From Candidatus Campbellbacteria bacterium (GTDB lineage Bacteria; Patescibacteriota; Minisyncoccia; Phycocordibacterales; JABAAK01): 64,000 bases of DNA. The number at the start of each line of letters is the position of its first letter. Positions within the stretch are counted from its first letter, which is position 1. The notes under the pieces are model-generated. The model ran no database searches. It saw only the letters and a program-made list of their open reading frames with translations, and had not been told where the DNA came from. Shown piece by piece: positions 26,930 through 37,516 of the stretch. The position numbers and the translations under genes were made by a program. Where the stretch lies: the NCBI GenBank assembly GCA_028817035.1, contig JAPPQH010000015.1, positions 1,895 to 65,894 on the forward strand. Reading direction: 5' to 3'.

Positions 26930-27400
26930 ATGAGAAAGCCCATAAAACAAAAAAATCAACTTGAGCCAGATCACAGATACAACTCCCTAAAAGTGAGTCA
27001 GCTTATAAACTATGTTATGAGATGCGGTCATAAAGAGCGTGCACAAAATATTGTCTACAAAGCGCTTGATATAACAAAAGAAAAAACAAAGTCAAAAGAA
27101 GCTCTCGCGGTGTTTGAAGAGGCGGTTAATAATGTTGGTCCAAATATGGAGGTTCGTTCAAGGCGTGTTGGTGGAGCAAATTATCAAGTTCCAAGGGAGG
27201 TTTCTCAAAAAAGACGACAAGCCCTCGCGCTCAGGTGGATTGTCGCTTCTGCGCGTAACAAAAAGGGTGCACCTATGTATCAGAAACTTGCAGAAGAGAT
27301 AATCGCGGCAAGTAACAAGGAAGGCGAGGCATTTACAAAAAGAGAAAATACCCACAAGATGGCAGAGGCAAACAAGGCATTTGCGCATTTTGCATGGTAA
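26930..27400 (+). CDS. rpsG: 30S ribosomal protein S7
   Basis: Sequence similarity read by eye; canonical str operon position. Confidence 0.9.
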   Translation: MRKPIKQKNQLEPDHRYNSLKVSQLINYVMRCGHKERAQNIVYKALDITKEKTKSKEALAVFEEAVNNVGPNMEVRSRRVGGANYQVPREVSQKRRQALALRWIVASARNKKGAPMYQKLAEEIIAASNKEGEAFTKRENTHKMAEANKAFAHFAW

Positions 27401-27414
27401 ATTTGTAGAAAGTT

Positions 27415-29574
27415 ATGGAAAGAGATTATCCGCTTGATAAAGTAAGAAATATAGGAATAATAGCCCACATAGATGCGGGCAAAACGACCACAACAGAGAG
27501 GGTTCTTTTTTATACTGGCGTATCGCACAAAATAGGAGAAGTTCACGAGGGTGAGGCGGTGATGGACTGGATGGAACAGGAGAGAGAAAGAGGGATAACA
27601 ATAACATCTGCTGCGACTACTTGTTTTTGGGTTCCGACATATGCAGGAACTGACACATCAAAGAAACATCGTTTTAATATAATTGACACACCTGGTCATG
27701 TTGACTTCACAGCAGAGGTTGAGAGATCATTAAAAGTTTTAGATGGCGGTGTTGTTGTTTTTGACGGAGTTGCTGGTGTTGAGTCACAGTCAGAAACAGT
27801 GTGGCGACAGGCAGACAAATATAAAGTCCCAAGAATTTGTTTCATAAACAAACTTGATAGAACAGGAGCAAGTTTTGAGCGATCTTTCAAAACAATACTT
27901 GAACGCCTTACCACAAACGCGATAATGATGCAGATCCCTATTGGTGAAGAAGACGAACTTAAAGGGATAATAGATTTTCTTGAAATGAAGGCGTATTACT
28001 TTGACGGTGAGAGAGGTGAGAAAGTAAGAAAAGAAGAAGTGCCAAGTGAATACAAAGAACAAGCAGAGAAAAAACGAGCAGAACTTATTGAAGCAATTGC
28101 AGAGAGTGATGACAAACTTGCGGAGGAATACCTTGAAGGAAAAGAGATAACAGTTGATGTTGCAAAAAAAGCACTTCGTAAGGCAGTTATTGAAAACAAA
28201 ATAGTCCCTGTTTTTGCCGGCTCTTCACTTAAAAACAAAGGGGTTCAATTGGTTCTTGATGCTGTTATTGATTATCTTCCTTCTCCTCTTGATATCCCTC
28301 CTGTCAAAGGGGTCAATCCAAAAGATGAAAGTGAGGTTACAAGAAAGGCATCTGATGATGAACCGTTCTCTGCCCTCGTGTTCAAACTGCAAGCAGATCC
28401 TTTTGTCGGACAGCTCGCCTTTTTCCGTGTTTATTCGGGGGTTCTTGACGCTGGCTCTTTTGTGTATAACTCATCGGCAGATAAAAAGGAAAGGATAGGA
28501 AGAATTGTCAGATTGCACGCCAATTCAAGAGAAGAGGTAAAGAGGGTGTATTCAGGTGAGATAGCCGCAGCGATAGGGCTAAAAGACTCAAAAACATCAC
28601 ACACTCTATGTGATGAGCAGAACCAGATTCGCCTTGAAACAATAACATTTCCCGAGCCAGTTGTTAATTTAAGAATTGAACCAAAGACAAAAGGGGATCA
28701 AGAAAAAATGGGAATGGCGTTGAAAAAACTTTCTGATGAAGACCCTACTTTTCGTGTTTCAAGTGACTCAGAAACATTAGACACAATAATTGCAGGTATG
28801 GGCGAACTTCACCTTGAAGTTTTGGTTGAGAGAATGAGAAGAGAGTTTAGTGTGGAGGCAACAACCGGTGCACCGCAGGTTGCGTATAGAGAAACAATAG
28901 TAGGAAATGCAGATGAGGAATACAAATACATCCGCCAGAGCGGTGGTCGCGGTCAATACGGTCATGTAAAAATAAAAATAAAACCGCTTGATAAAGAAGC
29001 GCAGAAAAATGAAGACGGCAAAAAAGCAAAGAACATACACAGAGAAGATGGTTTTGAATTTATAAACAGTATAAAAGGAGGTATCATCCCGCAAGAGTAT
29101 ATCCCTGCTGTAAGAAAAGGAATAAAAGAAGCCATGGATCGCGGTGTCCTTGCTGGCTACTCAATGAGAGATGTATCCGTTGAACTTTATGATGGATCGT
29201 TCCACGAAGTTGACTCATCAGAAATCGCATTCAAAATCGCGGCAAGTCATGCGTTTCAAGAAGGCGCAAAAAAAGCAAAACCTGTTTTGCTTGAGCCGAT
29301 AATGAAACTTGAGGTTACAACTCCAGAAAAATTTATGGGAGACATAACAGGACACTTAAATTCAAGGAGAGGTCAGATGTTGGGAATGGAAGATGTCAGC
29401 AATCTGAAGATAATCCGCGCACTCGTGCCTTTGGCAGAGCTGTTTGGATACACAACCACCCTCCGTTCAATGACAGAAGGGCGAGCAACGCCAACTATGG
29501 AGTTTTCCTCATATGAGATAGTCCCAAACAATGTGGCAGAAGGCATCGTATCCCAGAGAAAACCCTCTGCTTGA
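27415..29574 (+). CDS. fusA: Elongation factor G
   Basis: [17 protein letters not shown]..., 719 aa. Confidence 0.95.
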   Translation: MERDYPLDKVRNIGIIAHIDAGKTTTTERVLFYTGVSHKIGEVHEGEAVMDWMEQERERGITITSAATTCFWVPTYAGTDTSKKHRFNIIDTPGHVDFTAEVERSLKVLDGGVVVFDGVAGVESQSETVWRQADKYKVPRICFINKLDRTGASFERSFKTILERLTTNAIMMQIPIGEEDELKGIIDFLEMKAYYFDGERGEKVRKEEVPSEYKEQAEKKRAELIEAIAESDDKLAEEYLEGKEITVDVAKKALRKAVIENKIVPVFAGSSLKNKGVQLVLDAVIDYLPSPLDIPPVKGVNPKDESEVTRKASDDEPFSALVFKLQADPFVGQLAFFRVYSGVLDAGSFVYNSSADKKERIGRIVRLHANSREEVKRVYSGEIAAAIGLKDSKTSHTLCDEQNQIRLETITFPEPVVNLRIEPKTKGDQEKMGMALKKLSDEDPTFRVSSDSETLDTIIAGMGELHLEVLVERMRREFSVEATTGAPQVAYRETIVGNADEEYKYIRQSGGRGQYGHVKIKIKPLDKEAQKNEDGKKAKNIHREDGFEFINSIKGGIIPQEYIPAVRKGIKEAMDRGVLAGYSMRDVSVELYDGSFHEVDSSEIAFKIAASHAFQEGAKKAKPVLLEPIMKLEVTTPEKFMGDITGHLNSRRGQMLGMEDVSNLKIIRALVPLAELFGYTTTLRSMTEGRATPTMEFSSYEIVPNNVAEGIVSQRKPSA

Positions 29575-29721
29575 CTAATACAGCCCAGTTCGGTAACATA
29601 TACCTTTGTTACTGCTCAAGCACAGCACTAACGCGGCTCTTCGTTATTTGAACGAATCCGACAGCACAAAATATCGTTTTGTGTAAGTGCTACATTAACA
29701 ATATTTAGATAATAATTTAAT

Positions 29722-30918
29722 ATGGCAGAAAAATTCCAAAGAGATAAACCTCATATAAATGTGGGAACAATCGGTCATGTCGACCACGGAAAAACAACAT
29801 TGACTGCTGCAATCCTCAAAACGCTTAACGCGAAAGGAGATGGCTTTTCAGCTAATGTAAAAGATGTGGGACAAATCGACTCTGCACCAGAAGAAAAACA
29901 GCGTGGAATAACCATCGCACTTTCTCACAGTGAGTACTCAACCCCACAAAGACACTATGCCCATGTTGATGCGCCAGGTCACGCTGACTACATCAAAAAC
30001 ATGATTACAGGTGCCGCACAAATGGATGGAGCAATAATAGTAATTGCCGCATCTGATGGTCCGATGCCACAAACGAGAGAGCACATTCTTCTTGCAAAGC
30101 AAGTTGGTGTTCCAAAGATTTTGGTATTCATAAACAAGTGTGATGCAGTTGACGATCAAAGCCTGATTGACCTTGTTGAAGAAGAAACAAGAGAACTTCT
30201 TGAGAAATACGGATTTGACAAAGACGCACCGATAATAAGAGGATCTGCGCTAAAAGCGCTTGAAGCACCAGACGCAAGTGACGAGTGGAGTCAAAAAATA
30301 GTTGAACTTATTACAAAGATGGACGAATACATCCCAGTCCCTAACCGTGAGACAGACAAGCCGTTCTTGATGCCTATTGAGGACATATTCTCAATTGAAG
30401 GTCGCGGAACAGTAGTTACTGGAAAGATTGAAAGAGGAGTGGTTAAAGTAGGAGATGAGGTTGAGATAGTGGGTATAAAAGACACCACAAAAACGACCGT
30501 TACAGGTATTGAAATGTTTAACAAATCTCTTGATGACGGGCAGGCAGGCGACAACGCAGGAGTCCTTATCCGTGGTATGAAAAAAGAAGATGTTCATCGC
30601 GGACAGGTTCTTGCAAAGCCAAGCAGCGTAACTCCACACACAGAGTTTGACGCTGAAGTATATGTCCTATCAAAAGAAGAAGGAGGACGACACACGCCTT
30701 TCTTTTCTGGTTACAAGCCTCAGTTCTACATGAGAACAACAGATGTTACAGGTGAGATAAAACTTGCTGATGGCGTTGAAATGATAATGCCAGGAGACAC
30801 AGCAACATTCAACATAAAGTTGGTATCTCCAGTTGCGCTTGAAGAAAAGCAGCGTTTTGCAATCCGTGAAGGAGGTAAAACTGTTGGAGCAGGTGTTGTT
30901 ACAAAAATAATCTCCTAA
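29722..30918 (+). CDS. tuf: Elongation factor Tu
   Basis: [13 protein letters not shown]...DAPGHADY...NKCD. Confidence 0.95.
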   Translation: MAEKFQRDKPHINVGTIGHVDHGKTTLTAAILKTLNAKGDGFSANVKDVGQIDSAPEEKQRGITIALSHSEYSTPQRHYAHVDAPGHADYIKNMITGAAQMDGAIIVIAASDGPMPQTREHILLAKQVGVPKILVFINKCDAVDDQSLIDLVEEETRELLEKYGFDKDAPIIRGSALKALEAPDASDEWSQKIVELITKMDEYIPVPNRETDKPFLMPIEDIFSIEGRGTVVTGKIERGVVKVGDEVEIVGIKDTTKTTVTGIEMFNKSLDDGQAGDNAGVLIRGMKKEDVHRGQVLAKPSSVTPHTEFDAEVYVLSKEEGGRHTPFFSGYKPQFYMRTTDVTGEIKLADGVEMIMPGDTATFNIKLVSPVALEEKQRFAIREGGKTVGAGVVTKIIS

Positions 30919-30929
30919 TAATCTTAAGA

Positions 30930-31322
30930 TTGATTATGAAGGTAGATGCAAAGAATAAAAAGACAGACGGAAAGAGCAAAGATAAGAAACCAATGAGTAT
31001 GCAAAAGCTTCGCATTCGCGTGCAAGCATACGACAGTCGTGTTCTTGATACATCAGTAAAACAGGTTGTAGACACCGGTCTGCGACTTGGTTTCAAGGTT
31101 GTTGGTCCTGTACCTTTGCCGACCACAATCAAAAAGTATTCTGTTAATAGATCTACCTTCATCTTCAAGTCATCGGGAGAGCAGTTTGAAACAAGAGTTC
31201 ACAGAAGGTTAATTGACATATTGAACCCAACACAACAAGTTATAGAAGCATTAACAAACATTGACCTACCAACAGGTGTTAATGTAAGTGTTAAGCTCAT
31301 AGCAAACGAAAACTCTTCATAG
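30930..31322 (+). CDS. rpsJ: 30S ribosomal protein S10 (with a K-rich N-terminal extension if the first start is used)
   Basis: MQKLRIRVQAYDSRVLD core. The start could be at 30993/30999. Confidence 0.85.
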   Translation: MIMKVDAKNKKTDGKSKDKKPMSMQKLRIRVQAYDSRVLDTSVKQVVDTGLRLGFKVVGPVPLPTTIKKYSVNRSTFIFKSSGEQFETRVHRRLIDILNPTQQVIEALTNIDLPTGVNVSVKLIANENSS

Positions 31323-31361
31323 TCGCGTTCTCCAGTCAGACAACAAAATATAATAACCCAT

Positions 31362-31940
31362 ATGAAATTTCTTTTAGGAAAAAAAGAAGAAATGACGCAA
31401 TTATTTGATGATGATGGTGTAGTTCATCCTGTAACCATGCTATCGCTTGAGCCGATAATCGTCACAAAAATATTTGACACGGAAAGCCGTGGTTATTCAT
31501 CTGTTCAAGTGGGATATGGAAATTCTCCTAAAAAGTCATCAAAAGAAAGTTTCAAAGGTCTTAAAGAATTTCGTATGGATGATACCTCTGGATACAAAGA
31601 GGGCAACGAGATAAACACAGGTGAAACTTTCAAAGAAGGAGATATGGTCCGTCTGTCTTCTGTCTCAAAGGGTAAAGGTTTTCAAGGCGTTGTCAAAAGA
31701 CACGGCTTTCACGGTGGTCCGAGAACACACGGTCAGAGAAAAGGAGAAAGAATAGGAGGAGCGATTGGGGGCGGTCTTCAAGCTCGTGTTCCAAAAGGCA
31801 AAAAAATGCCAGGAAGAATGGGAGGAGACAGAGTCACCATCAAGAAAGCAAAAATTGTAAAAGTAGAAGACGGAAAGATATACATAAGAGGTTCGGTTCC
31901 TGGCTCAAGGGGGACACTTGTTGAAATAAGAGGAATTTAA
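31362..31940 (+). CDS. rplC: 50S ribosomal protein L3
   Basis: Canonical S10-operon order and sequence similarity. Confidence 0.9.
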   Translation: MKFLLGKKEEMTQLFDDDGVVHPVTMLSLEPIIVTKIFDTESRGYSSVQVGYGNSPKKSSKESFKGLKEFRMDDTSGYKEGNEINTGETFKEGDMVRLSSVSKGKGFQGVVKRHGFHGGPRTHGQRKGERIGGAIGGGLQARVPKGKKMPGRMGGDRVTIKKAKIVKVEDGKIYIRGSVPGSRGTLVEIRGI

Positions 31941-31946
31941 TCTAAT

Positions 31947-32615
31947 ATGAACGCACAAGTATTTGACATAGAAGGTAAAAAAGTAAAGAGTTTTCAACTC
32001 CCATCTGAAATTTTTGATGTGGCGTGGAATGCAGACCTTGTAAAACAGGTTGTAGACACCGCTGAGGCAAATACAAGGATTGCAAAAGCACACACAAAAA
32101 TGAGAGGAGAGGTGCGCGGTGGTGGTAAAAAACCTTGGAGACAAAAAGGAACAGGAAGGGCAAGACACGGATCACGCCGTTCTCCTATATGGGTTGGTGG
32201 TGCTATAACTTTTGGACCACGAAATGAGAAAGTGTACAAAAAAAACATAACAAAGAAAATGAAAGCAAAAGCCCTTGCATCAATGCTTTCACAAAAGGCA
32301 AGAGATGGAGAGTTGTTTTTCTTCAACGATATTGATTTTGGTGACAAGCCAAAAACAAAAAAAGCAGTAGAAATGTTTGGAAAAATATCAAAGAAGGATT
32401 TTAACCCACTTTCAAAAACATCAAAGGCATCCCTTGTTCTACTTTGCAACGACAACAAAACAACAACAAGAAGTTTACAAAATATAAACAATGTTGGCGT
32501 TTCACTTGTCTCCTCTTTGAATGCAAGAGATTTGGCTCTTTACAAATACATTTTTATGGTTGACCCAGAAAAATGTGTGGAGATACTAACAAAGCGTTTA
32601 GTAGAAAATAAATAA
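31947..32615 (+). CDS. rplD: 50S ribosomal protein L4
   Basis: Order and similarity. Confidence 0.9.
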   Translation: MNAQVFDIEGKKVKSFQLPSEIFDVAWNADLVKQVVDTAEANTRIAKAHTKMRGEVRGGGKKPWRQKGTGRARHGSRRSPIWVGGAITFGPRNEKVYKKNITKKMKAKALASMLSQKARDGELFFFNDIDFGDKPKTKKAVEMFGKISKKDFNPLSKTSKASLVLLCNDNKTTTRSLQNINNVGVSLVSSLNARDLALYKYIFMVDPEKCVEILTKRLVENK

Positions 32616-32621
32616 AGTATT

Positions 32622-33107
32622 ATGAAAATATTTGGAATTGACTTCGGCAAAAAAGACAAAGATGAAAATGACAAGAAAGTTGTTATTGATGATTCTATTG
32701 GTGAAGAAGAAACCCTTGAAACATTCTCACAACCGACAACTCCAACCAAAAAGAAATTTGTAAAAAGGGTTTCAAAAAAAGCGCCAAAGAAAAAACTCCG
32801 CAGGACAAACTTCACTACGAAGAAAATGAGCAAGACAAGTGTTCTCGTGAAGCCGTATTACACGGAAAAAGCAGCAGATTCTTCTGAAAAATCAATATAT
32901 ATCTTTGAGGTTAACAGCCGTGCAGGAAAGCGAGAGGTGGCATCCGCTATAAAAGAAAAATACAATGTCATCCCAAAGAAGGTTAATATATTGACAACCT
33001 CATCAAAGCCAACATCCCTACGCCGTGTGGGGCGTGCTGGACGCACACAAGTGAAGAAAAAAGCTTATGTGTATCTTGCTAAGGGAGATAAGATTCAATT
33101 CTCATAA
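32622..33107 (+). CDS. rplW: 50S ribosomal protein L23 with an N-terminal extension of about 70 aa
   Basis: C-terminal L23 core (VKPYYTEKA...YIFEV). Confidence 0.85.
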   Translation: MKIFGIDFGKKDKDENDKKVVIDDSIGEEETLETFSQPTTPTKKKFVKRVSKKAPKKKLRRTNFTTKKMSKTSVLVKPYYTEKAADSSEKSIYIFEVNSRAGKREVASAIKEKYNVIPKKVNILTTSSKPTSLRRVGRAGRTQVKKKAYVYLAKGDKIQFS

Positions 33108-33112
33108 ATAAT

Positions 33113-33952
33113 ATGAAAGTACTTAAACCAACAACACCAGGATCGCGTGGAACAAAACTTCTTTCATTCAAAGGAGTTACAGCAAAAAAACCACACAAAA
33201 AATTAACATCAGGAGCGAAACGCGCATCCGGTCGTGGAAGTGCTGGTCGTATAACTATGAGACACAAAGGTGGCGGACACAAAAAAAGATATAGGAAAGT
33301 TGATTTTCTCTATAACAAACACGGAATACCAGCGCGCATTGAAACAATTGAGTATGACCCACACAGAACCGGCTTCATCGCACTCGCGTGTTATAAAGAT
33401 GGAGAAAAAAGATACCTGCTCGTCCCATCAAACATAGAAGTTGGTAATACAATAGTTACAGCAGAAAAGACACCATTGAGAACAGGAAACAGGATGATGC
33501 TTAAACACATGCCAGTCGGAACTTCTGTATACAATATAGAACTCAAACCAAACGGAGGAGCAAAGCTTGCCCGCTCCGCAGGTAACTTCGCAGAGGTTGT
33601 CGCGCAGGATGCAGGCAACACAAACCTCAAACTCTCCTCTGGCGAGGTAAGAAAAGTGTCCGACAGGTGCTTTGCCTCAATAGGCTCTGTCTCAAATGAA
33701 GAGAATAAACTGCGTGTTTTAGGCAAAGCAGGGCGAAGCAGACACATGGGCAGACGCCCAACCGTCCGTGGTTCCGCGATGAACCCAGTAGATCACCCCT
33801 ATGGAGGCGGTGAAGGGCGCGCAGGACGAGGTCGAAGAAGGGCGGTGTCTAAATGGGGCAAAGGAGTAGGAAAGGGTCAAAAAACGAGGCGACCGAAAAA
33901 ATACTCAAATGTATTCATCGTTTCGTCCCGACACAAGAAACGCAGGAGATAG
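33113..33952 (+). CDS. rplB: 50S ribosomal protein L2
   Basis: Similarity and order. Confidence 0.95.
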   Translation: MKVLKPTTPGSRGTKLLSFKGVTAKKPHKKLTSGAKRASGRGSAGRITMRHKGGGHKKRYRKVDFLYNKHGIPARIETIEYDPHRTGFIALACYKDGEKRYLLVPSNIEVGNTIVTAEKTPLRTGNRMMLKHMPVGTSVYNIELKPNGGAKLARSAGNFAEVVAQDAGNTNLKLSSGEVRKVSDRCFASIGSVSNEENKLRVLGKAGRSRHMGRRPTVRGSAMNPVDHPYGGGEGRAGRGRRRAVSKWGKGVGKGQKTRRPKKYSNVFIVSSRHKKRRR

Positions 33953-34017
33953 TCACAATTTGACATCAACATTTCTCTGCGATAGCATAAAACTTGTGTT
34001 TATAAACACAGACAAAC

Positions 34018-34359
34018 ATGGCAAGATCAATCAAAAAAGGTCCACACATAGACTTTAAATTAATGAAGAAAATAGACGGCAAAACACCCGAGCAAGTCGG
34101 TGATATAAAGACATGGGCAAGGGCAAGCCAGATATCACCCAAGATGATTGGTTTTACTTTTCTTGTCCACAACGGAAAGACATTTATAAAAGTATTTGTC
34201 ACAGAAGAAATGGTCGGACACCGTCTCGGAGAATTTTCGCCGACAAAGAGGTTTGTAAAACACGGAGGAAAAATACAGAAAGAACTTGATCAGAAGAGAA
34301 AGGAAGCAGAGATAACTGCAGCAAAAGCAGCGAGGGAAACATCTGCGGCTAAAAAATAA
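34018..34359 (+). CDS. rpsS: 30S ribosomal protein S19 (with C-terminal extension)
   Basis: MARSIKKGPHID... Confidence 0.9.
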   Translation: MARSIKKGPHIDFKLMKKIDGKTPEQVGDIKTWARASQISPKMIGFTFLVHNGKTFIKVFVTEEMVGHRLGEFSPTKRFVKHGGKIQKELDQKRKEAEITAAKAARETSAAKK

Positions 34360-34370
34360 GATAGATTATT

Positions 34371-34706
34371 ATGAAAGCGAATTTGAAAAATTACAGGCAG
34401 TCGCCAAGAAAGGCAAGGTTGGTCGCAAACACTGTTAAAGGAAAAAATGTTTCTCATGCGTGTGCGATTCTCTCCTTCTTAAACAAAAGGGCAGCGCACC
34501 CAATAAAGAATTTAATTCTTTCAGCATCACAGAACGCAAAAGAAAAAAATAAAGAAATTGGAGACAAGGACTTAATAATTAAAAGTATAAGAGTTGATGA
34601 CGGTATCATCCTAAAAAGAGGGCGTGCTGGTAGTCGCGGAACAGGAAAACCCATCAAAAAAAGAACAAGCAATATATCCATTGAGCTTGAAAAGAAAAAA
34701 GTATGA
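34371..34706 (+). CDS. rplV: 50S ribosomal protein L22
   Basis: Order and similarity. Confidence 0.9.
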   Translation: MKANLKNYRQSPRKARLVANTVKGKNVSHACAILSFLNKRAAHPIKNLILSASQNAKEKNKEIGDKDLIIKSIRVDDGIILKRGRAGSRGTGKPIKKRTSNISIELEKKKV

Positions 34707-35377
34707 CACACAATGTTCACCCATACATACACCGTTTAGGAATAATAAAAGACTGGAAATCTTCCTGGTTTATTAATGATGCCAAAAAATACAGAGAAGC
34801 ACTCCGTTGCGACCATGTAATCCGCAAGTTTTTAGAGAAACGCCTTAAAGGCATGTTGGTTGATGATGTTTTCATAGAGCATAAAAGAAAAGCAATAGCG
34901 ATAACCATAAAAACAGCACGACCAGGACTACTCATAGGAAAATCAGGGGCAGGCATAGAAACCCTTAAAAAAGAAATTGAAAAAGTTGTAAAAAAAGCAA
35001 AAGTAGAATATCAGGAAATCGTATTACACATTGAAGAAATAAAATTCATAGAACCACACGCAGCACTTGTCGCAGAAACAATAGTCGCAGGTCTTGAGAA
35101 AAGAATGCAGTTCCGCCGTCTACTAAAGCAGACAGCAGAAAAGGTGATGGCAAACAGCGCAGTAAAAGGAGTAAGAATAGTTCTCTCAGGCAGGTTGGGT
35201 GGCGCAGAGATCGCAAGGTCGGAACACATAAGAAAAGGAAGAGTTCCCTTGCAGACATTTCGTTCTGATATTGACTACGCACACAAACCAGCAGTTTTGT
35301 CTTATGGAACAATCGGCGTGAAAGTTTGGGTGTACAGAGGAGATGTGTATGCAAAAAAGAACAAAGAATATAATTAA
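34703..35377 (+). CDS. rpsC: 30S ribosomal protein S3
   Basis: KH and S3_C features. Confidence 0.9.
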   Translation: MTHNVHPYIHRLGIIKDWKSSWFINDAKKYREALRCDHVIRKFLEKRLKGMLVDDVFIEHKRKAIAITIKTARPGLLIGKSGAGIETLKKEIEKVVKKAKVEYQEIVLHIEEIKFIEPHAALVAETIVAGLEKRMQFRRLLKQTAEKVMANSAVKGVRIVLSGRLGGAEIARSEHIRKGRVPLQTFRSDIDYAHKPAVLSYGTIGVKVWVYRGDVYAKKNKEYN

Positions 35378-35383
35378 AAAACT

Positions 35384-35803
35384 ATGTTAATACCTTCAAA
35401 AGTAAAATATCGCAAAGTTCAAAAGAAGCGAACAAACAAAAACAAAACACACACGGAAACGCGTGGGACAAAAGTTTCTTTTGGATCTTATGGATTGAAA
35501 TCGCTTGCAGAAGGAAAATTGAAATCCAACCAGATTGAAGCAGCACGAAGGTGCATCGTCCGTTCAGCAGGAAAAACCGCTAAATTTTGGATACGAGTGT
35601 TCCCAGACAGACCTTTTACTAAAAAGCCATCAGAGGTTAAAATGGGTAAGGGCAAGGGTGATGTTGAGGGCTTTGAGTTCAAGGTCATGCCAGGCAGAGT
35701 CATATTTGAGCTGGACAACGTATCAAAAGAAATAGCGACATTGGCACTCAACAAGGCAGGTAGCAAATTGCCTGTAAAGACAAAAGTAGTATCACGAGAA
35801 TAA
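35384..35803 (+). CDS. rplP: 50S ribosomal protein L16
   Basis: MLIPSKVKYRK... Confidence 0.9.
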   Translation: MLIPSKVKYRKVQKKRTNKNKTHTETRGTKVSFGSYGLKSLAEGKLKSNQIEAARRCIVRSAGKTAKFWIRVFPDRPFTKKPSEVKMGKGKGDVEGFEFKVMPGRVIFELDNVSKEIATLALNKAGSKLPVKTKVVSRE

Positions 35804-35804
35804 T

Positions 35805-35993
35805 ATGGATATAAAAGATTTGAAAATAAAGAGCAAGGCAGAAATAATAGAAGAGTTAAAAAAACTCCAAGATAGTTTGCAGTCCGAACGGTTTGGAGGC
35901 AGTGGTGTAAGTGATGTCAAAAAAACACATATGAGAAAACAACTGCGCCGAGATATCGCAAGGATAAAAACACTCTTAGCATCACGATCTTAA
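35805..35993 (+). CDS. rpmC: 50S ribosomal protein L29
   Basis: Size and position. Confidence 0.8.
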   Translation: MDIKDLKIKSKAEIIEELKKLQDSLQSERFGGSGVSDVKKTHMRKQLRRDIARIKTLLASRS

Positions 35994-36002
35994 TTATTTA
36001 TT

Positions 36003-36263
36003 ATGGAAAAAACATCAGAAACAAAAACACAAAGCAGAAAAAAACAACTCAAAGGAGTTGTCGTGTCTGACAAGATGAAAGACACGGCAGTTGTTCAAGT
36101 TGTGCGATTTGTGAAACACCCACGATACGGAAAGTATGTAAAGAGAATAAAAAAATACAGCTCACACAACACAATAGGCGCAAAGGAAGGCGACACAGTG
36201 ATAATAAGAGAAACAAAACCAATCTCTAAAAGAAAATCATTTGAGATAACCTCAATAAAATAA
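36003..36263 (+). CDS. rpsQ: 30S ribosomal protein S17
   Basis: Order and similarity. Confidence 0.85.
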   Translation: MEKTSETKTQSRKKQLKGVVVSDKMKDTAVVQVVRFVKHPRYGKYVKRIKKYSSHNTIGAKEGDTVIIRETKPISKRKSFEITSIK

Positions 36264-36268
36264 TACTT

Positions 36269-36649
36269 ATGATACAGCCACAAACACTCGTAAAAATAGC
36301 AGACAACTCAGGCGCAAAAATAGGGCGCGTTTTCAAAGTGCTTGGTGGCTCAAGAAAAAGATATGCACGCATAGGCGACAAAGTTGTTTTATCCGTCCAA
36401 ACCGCAGAACCAAAGAAATTGGCTCAAAGCGCAAAGAAAAAAGATGTATTTCATGCGGTAATAGTCCGTCAAGTTGCGCCATACAGAAGGAAAGACGGAT
36501 CATACATCCGTTTTGATGAAAACGCTGCCGTCCTTATTGAAAAAGGAAAATACGAACCGCGAGGAAATCGTATTTTTGGCCCAGTCCCCCGCGAGCTATC
36601 ATCATTGGGTTATCAAAAAATCGTATCTCTCGCAAATGAAGTAATATGA
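36269..36649 (+). CDS. rplN: 50S ribosomal protein L14
   Basis: [17 protein letters not shown]. Confidence 0.9.
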   Translation: MIQPQTLVKIADNSGAKIGRVFKVLGGSRKRYARIGDKVVLSVQTAEPKKLAQSAKKKDVFHAVIVRQVAPYRRKDGSYIRFDENAAVLIEKGKYEPRGNRIFGPVPRELSSLGYQKIVSLANEVI

Positions 36650-36951
36650 AAATAAAAAAAGGAGACAAAATAATAGTAATAAAAGGTAAAGACAAGGGAA
36701 AAACTGGAGAAGTTATAAAATCAATCCCAAGCAAGTTATCCGTGGTTGTAAAAGGTGTGTGTGTAAGAACAGTCCATCAGCGAGCACGACAAAAAGGCGA
36801 AAAAGGAGCACTTGTAAAAAAAGAAATGCCAATAAACATTTCAAATGTATCACTCTTTGACTCAAAAACAAAAAAGCCAACAAAGACAAAATGGGAAGTC
36901 AAAGACAACAAAAAAATCCGCGTCCCAAGAAAAAGTGATGTAAAAATTTAA
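36646..36951 (+). CDS. rplX: 50S ribosomal protein L24
   Basis: KOW motif [17 protein letters not shown]. Confidence 0.85.
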   Translation: MKIKKGDKIIVIKGKDKGKTGEVIKSIPSKLSVVVKGVCVRTVHQRARQKGEKGALVKKEMPINISNVSLFDSKTKKPTKTKWEVKDNKKIRVPRKSDVKI

Positions 36952-36952
36952 T

Positions 36953-37495
36953 ATGAATACAATAAATCAAAAACTAAAAGAATCTTTCAAGGCAATAGGG
37001 AAACAGAGAAATCTGAAAAACCCAATGCAAGCCTTCAAACTGGAGAAAATAGTCATCTCTGCAGGTGTTGGTCGTGTGAAAGACAAGTCACGCATAGAAC
37101 TCATACAAGACCGCCTCGCAAAAATAACAGGATACAAACCAGTTCCGTGTGCCGCAAAAAAATCAATCGCATCTTTCAAACTCCGCCAAGGCGACATAAT
37201 AGGATACAAAGTAACACTAAGAGGAAAAGCAATGGAAGACTTTCTTGAGAAATTTATAAACATAACACTCCCACGAAGCCGTGACTTTCGCGGAATAACC
37301 CCAAAAGGCATTGACAAAGCAGGCAACCTCACAATAGGGATACAAGAGCACATAATCTTCCCAGAAACCTCAAACGAAGAAGCAAAAGACATATTCGGAC
37401 TCGCAGTAACACTTGTTACAAACACAACAAACCACGAAGACACAAAAGCATTCCTAACCTACCTCGGCATCCCCTTTAAGAAAGACACTGCCTAA
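36953..37495 (+). CDS. rplE: 50S ribosomal protein L5
   Basis: Order and similarity. Confidence 0.9.
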   Translation: MNTINQKLKESFKAIGKQRNLKNPMQAFKLEKIVISAGVGRVKDKSRIELIQDRLAKITGYKPVPCAAKKSIASFKLRQGDIIGYKVTLRGKAMEDFLEKFINITLPRSRDFRGITPKGIDKAGNLTIGIQEHIIFPETSNEEAKDIFGLAVTLVTNTTNHEDTKAFLTYLGIPFKKDTA

Positions 37496-37516
37496 AACAA
37501 GGGTTATAATATAATC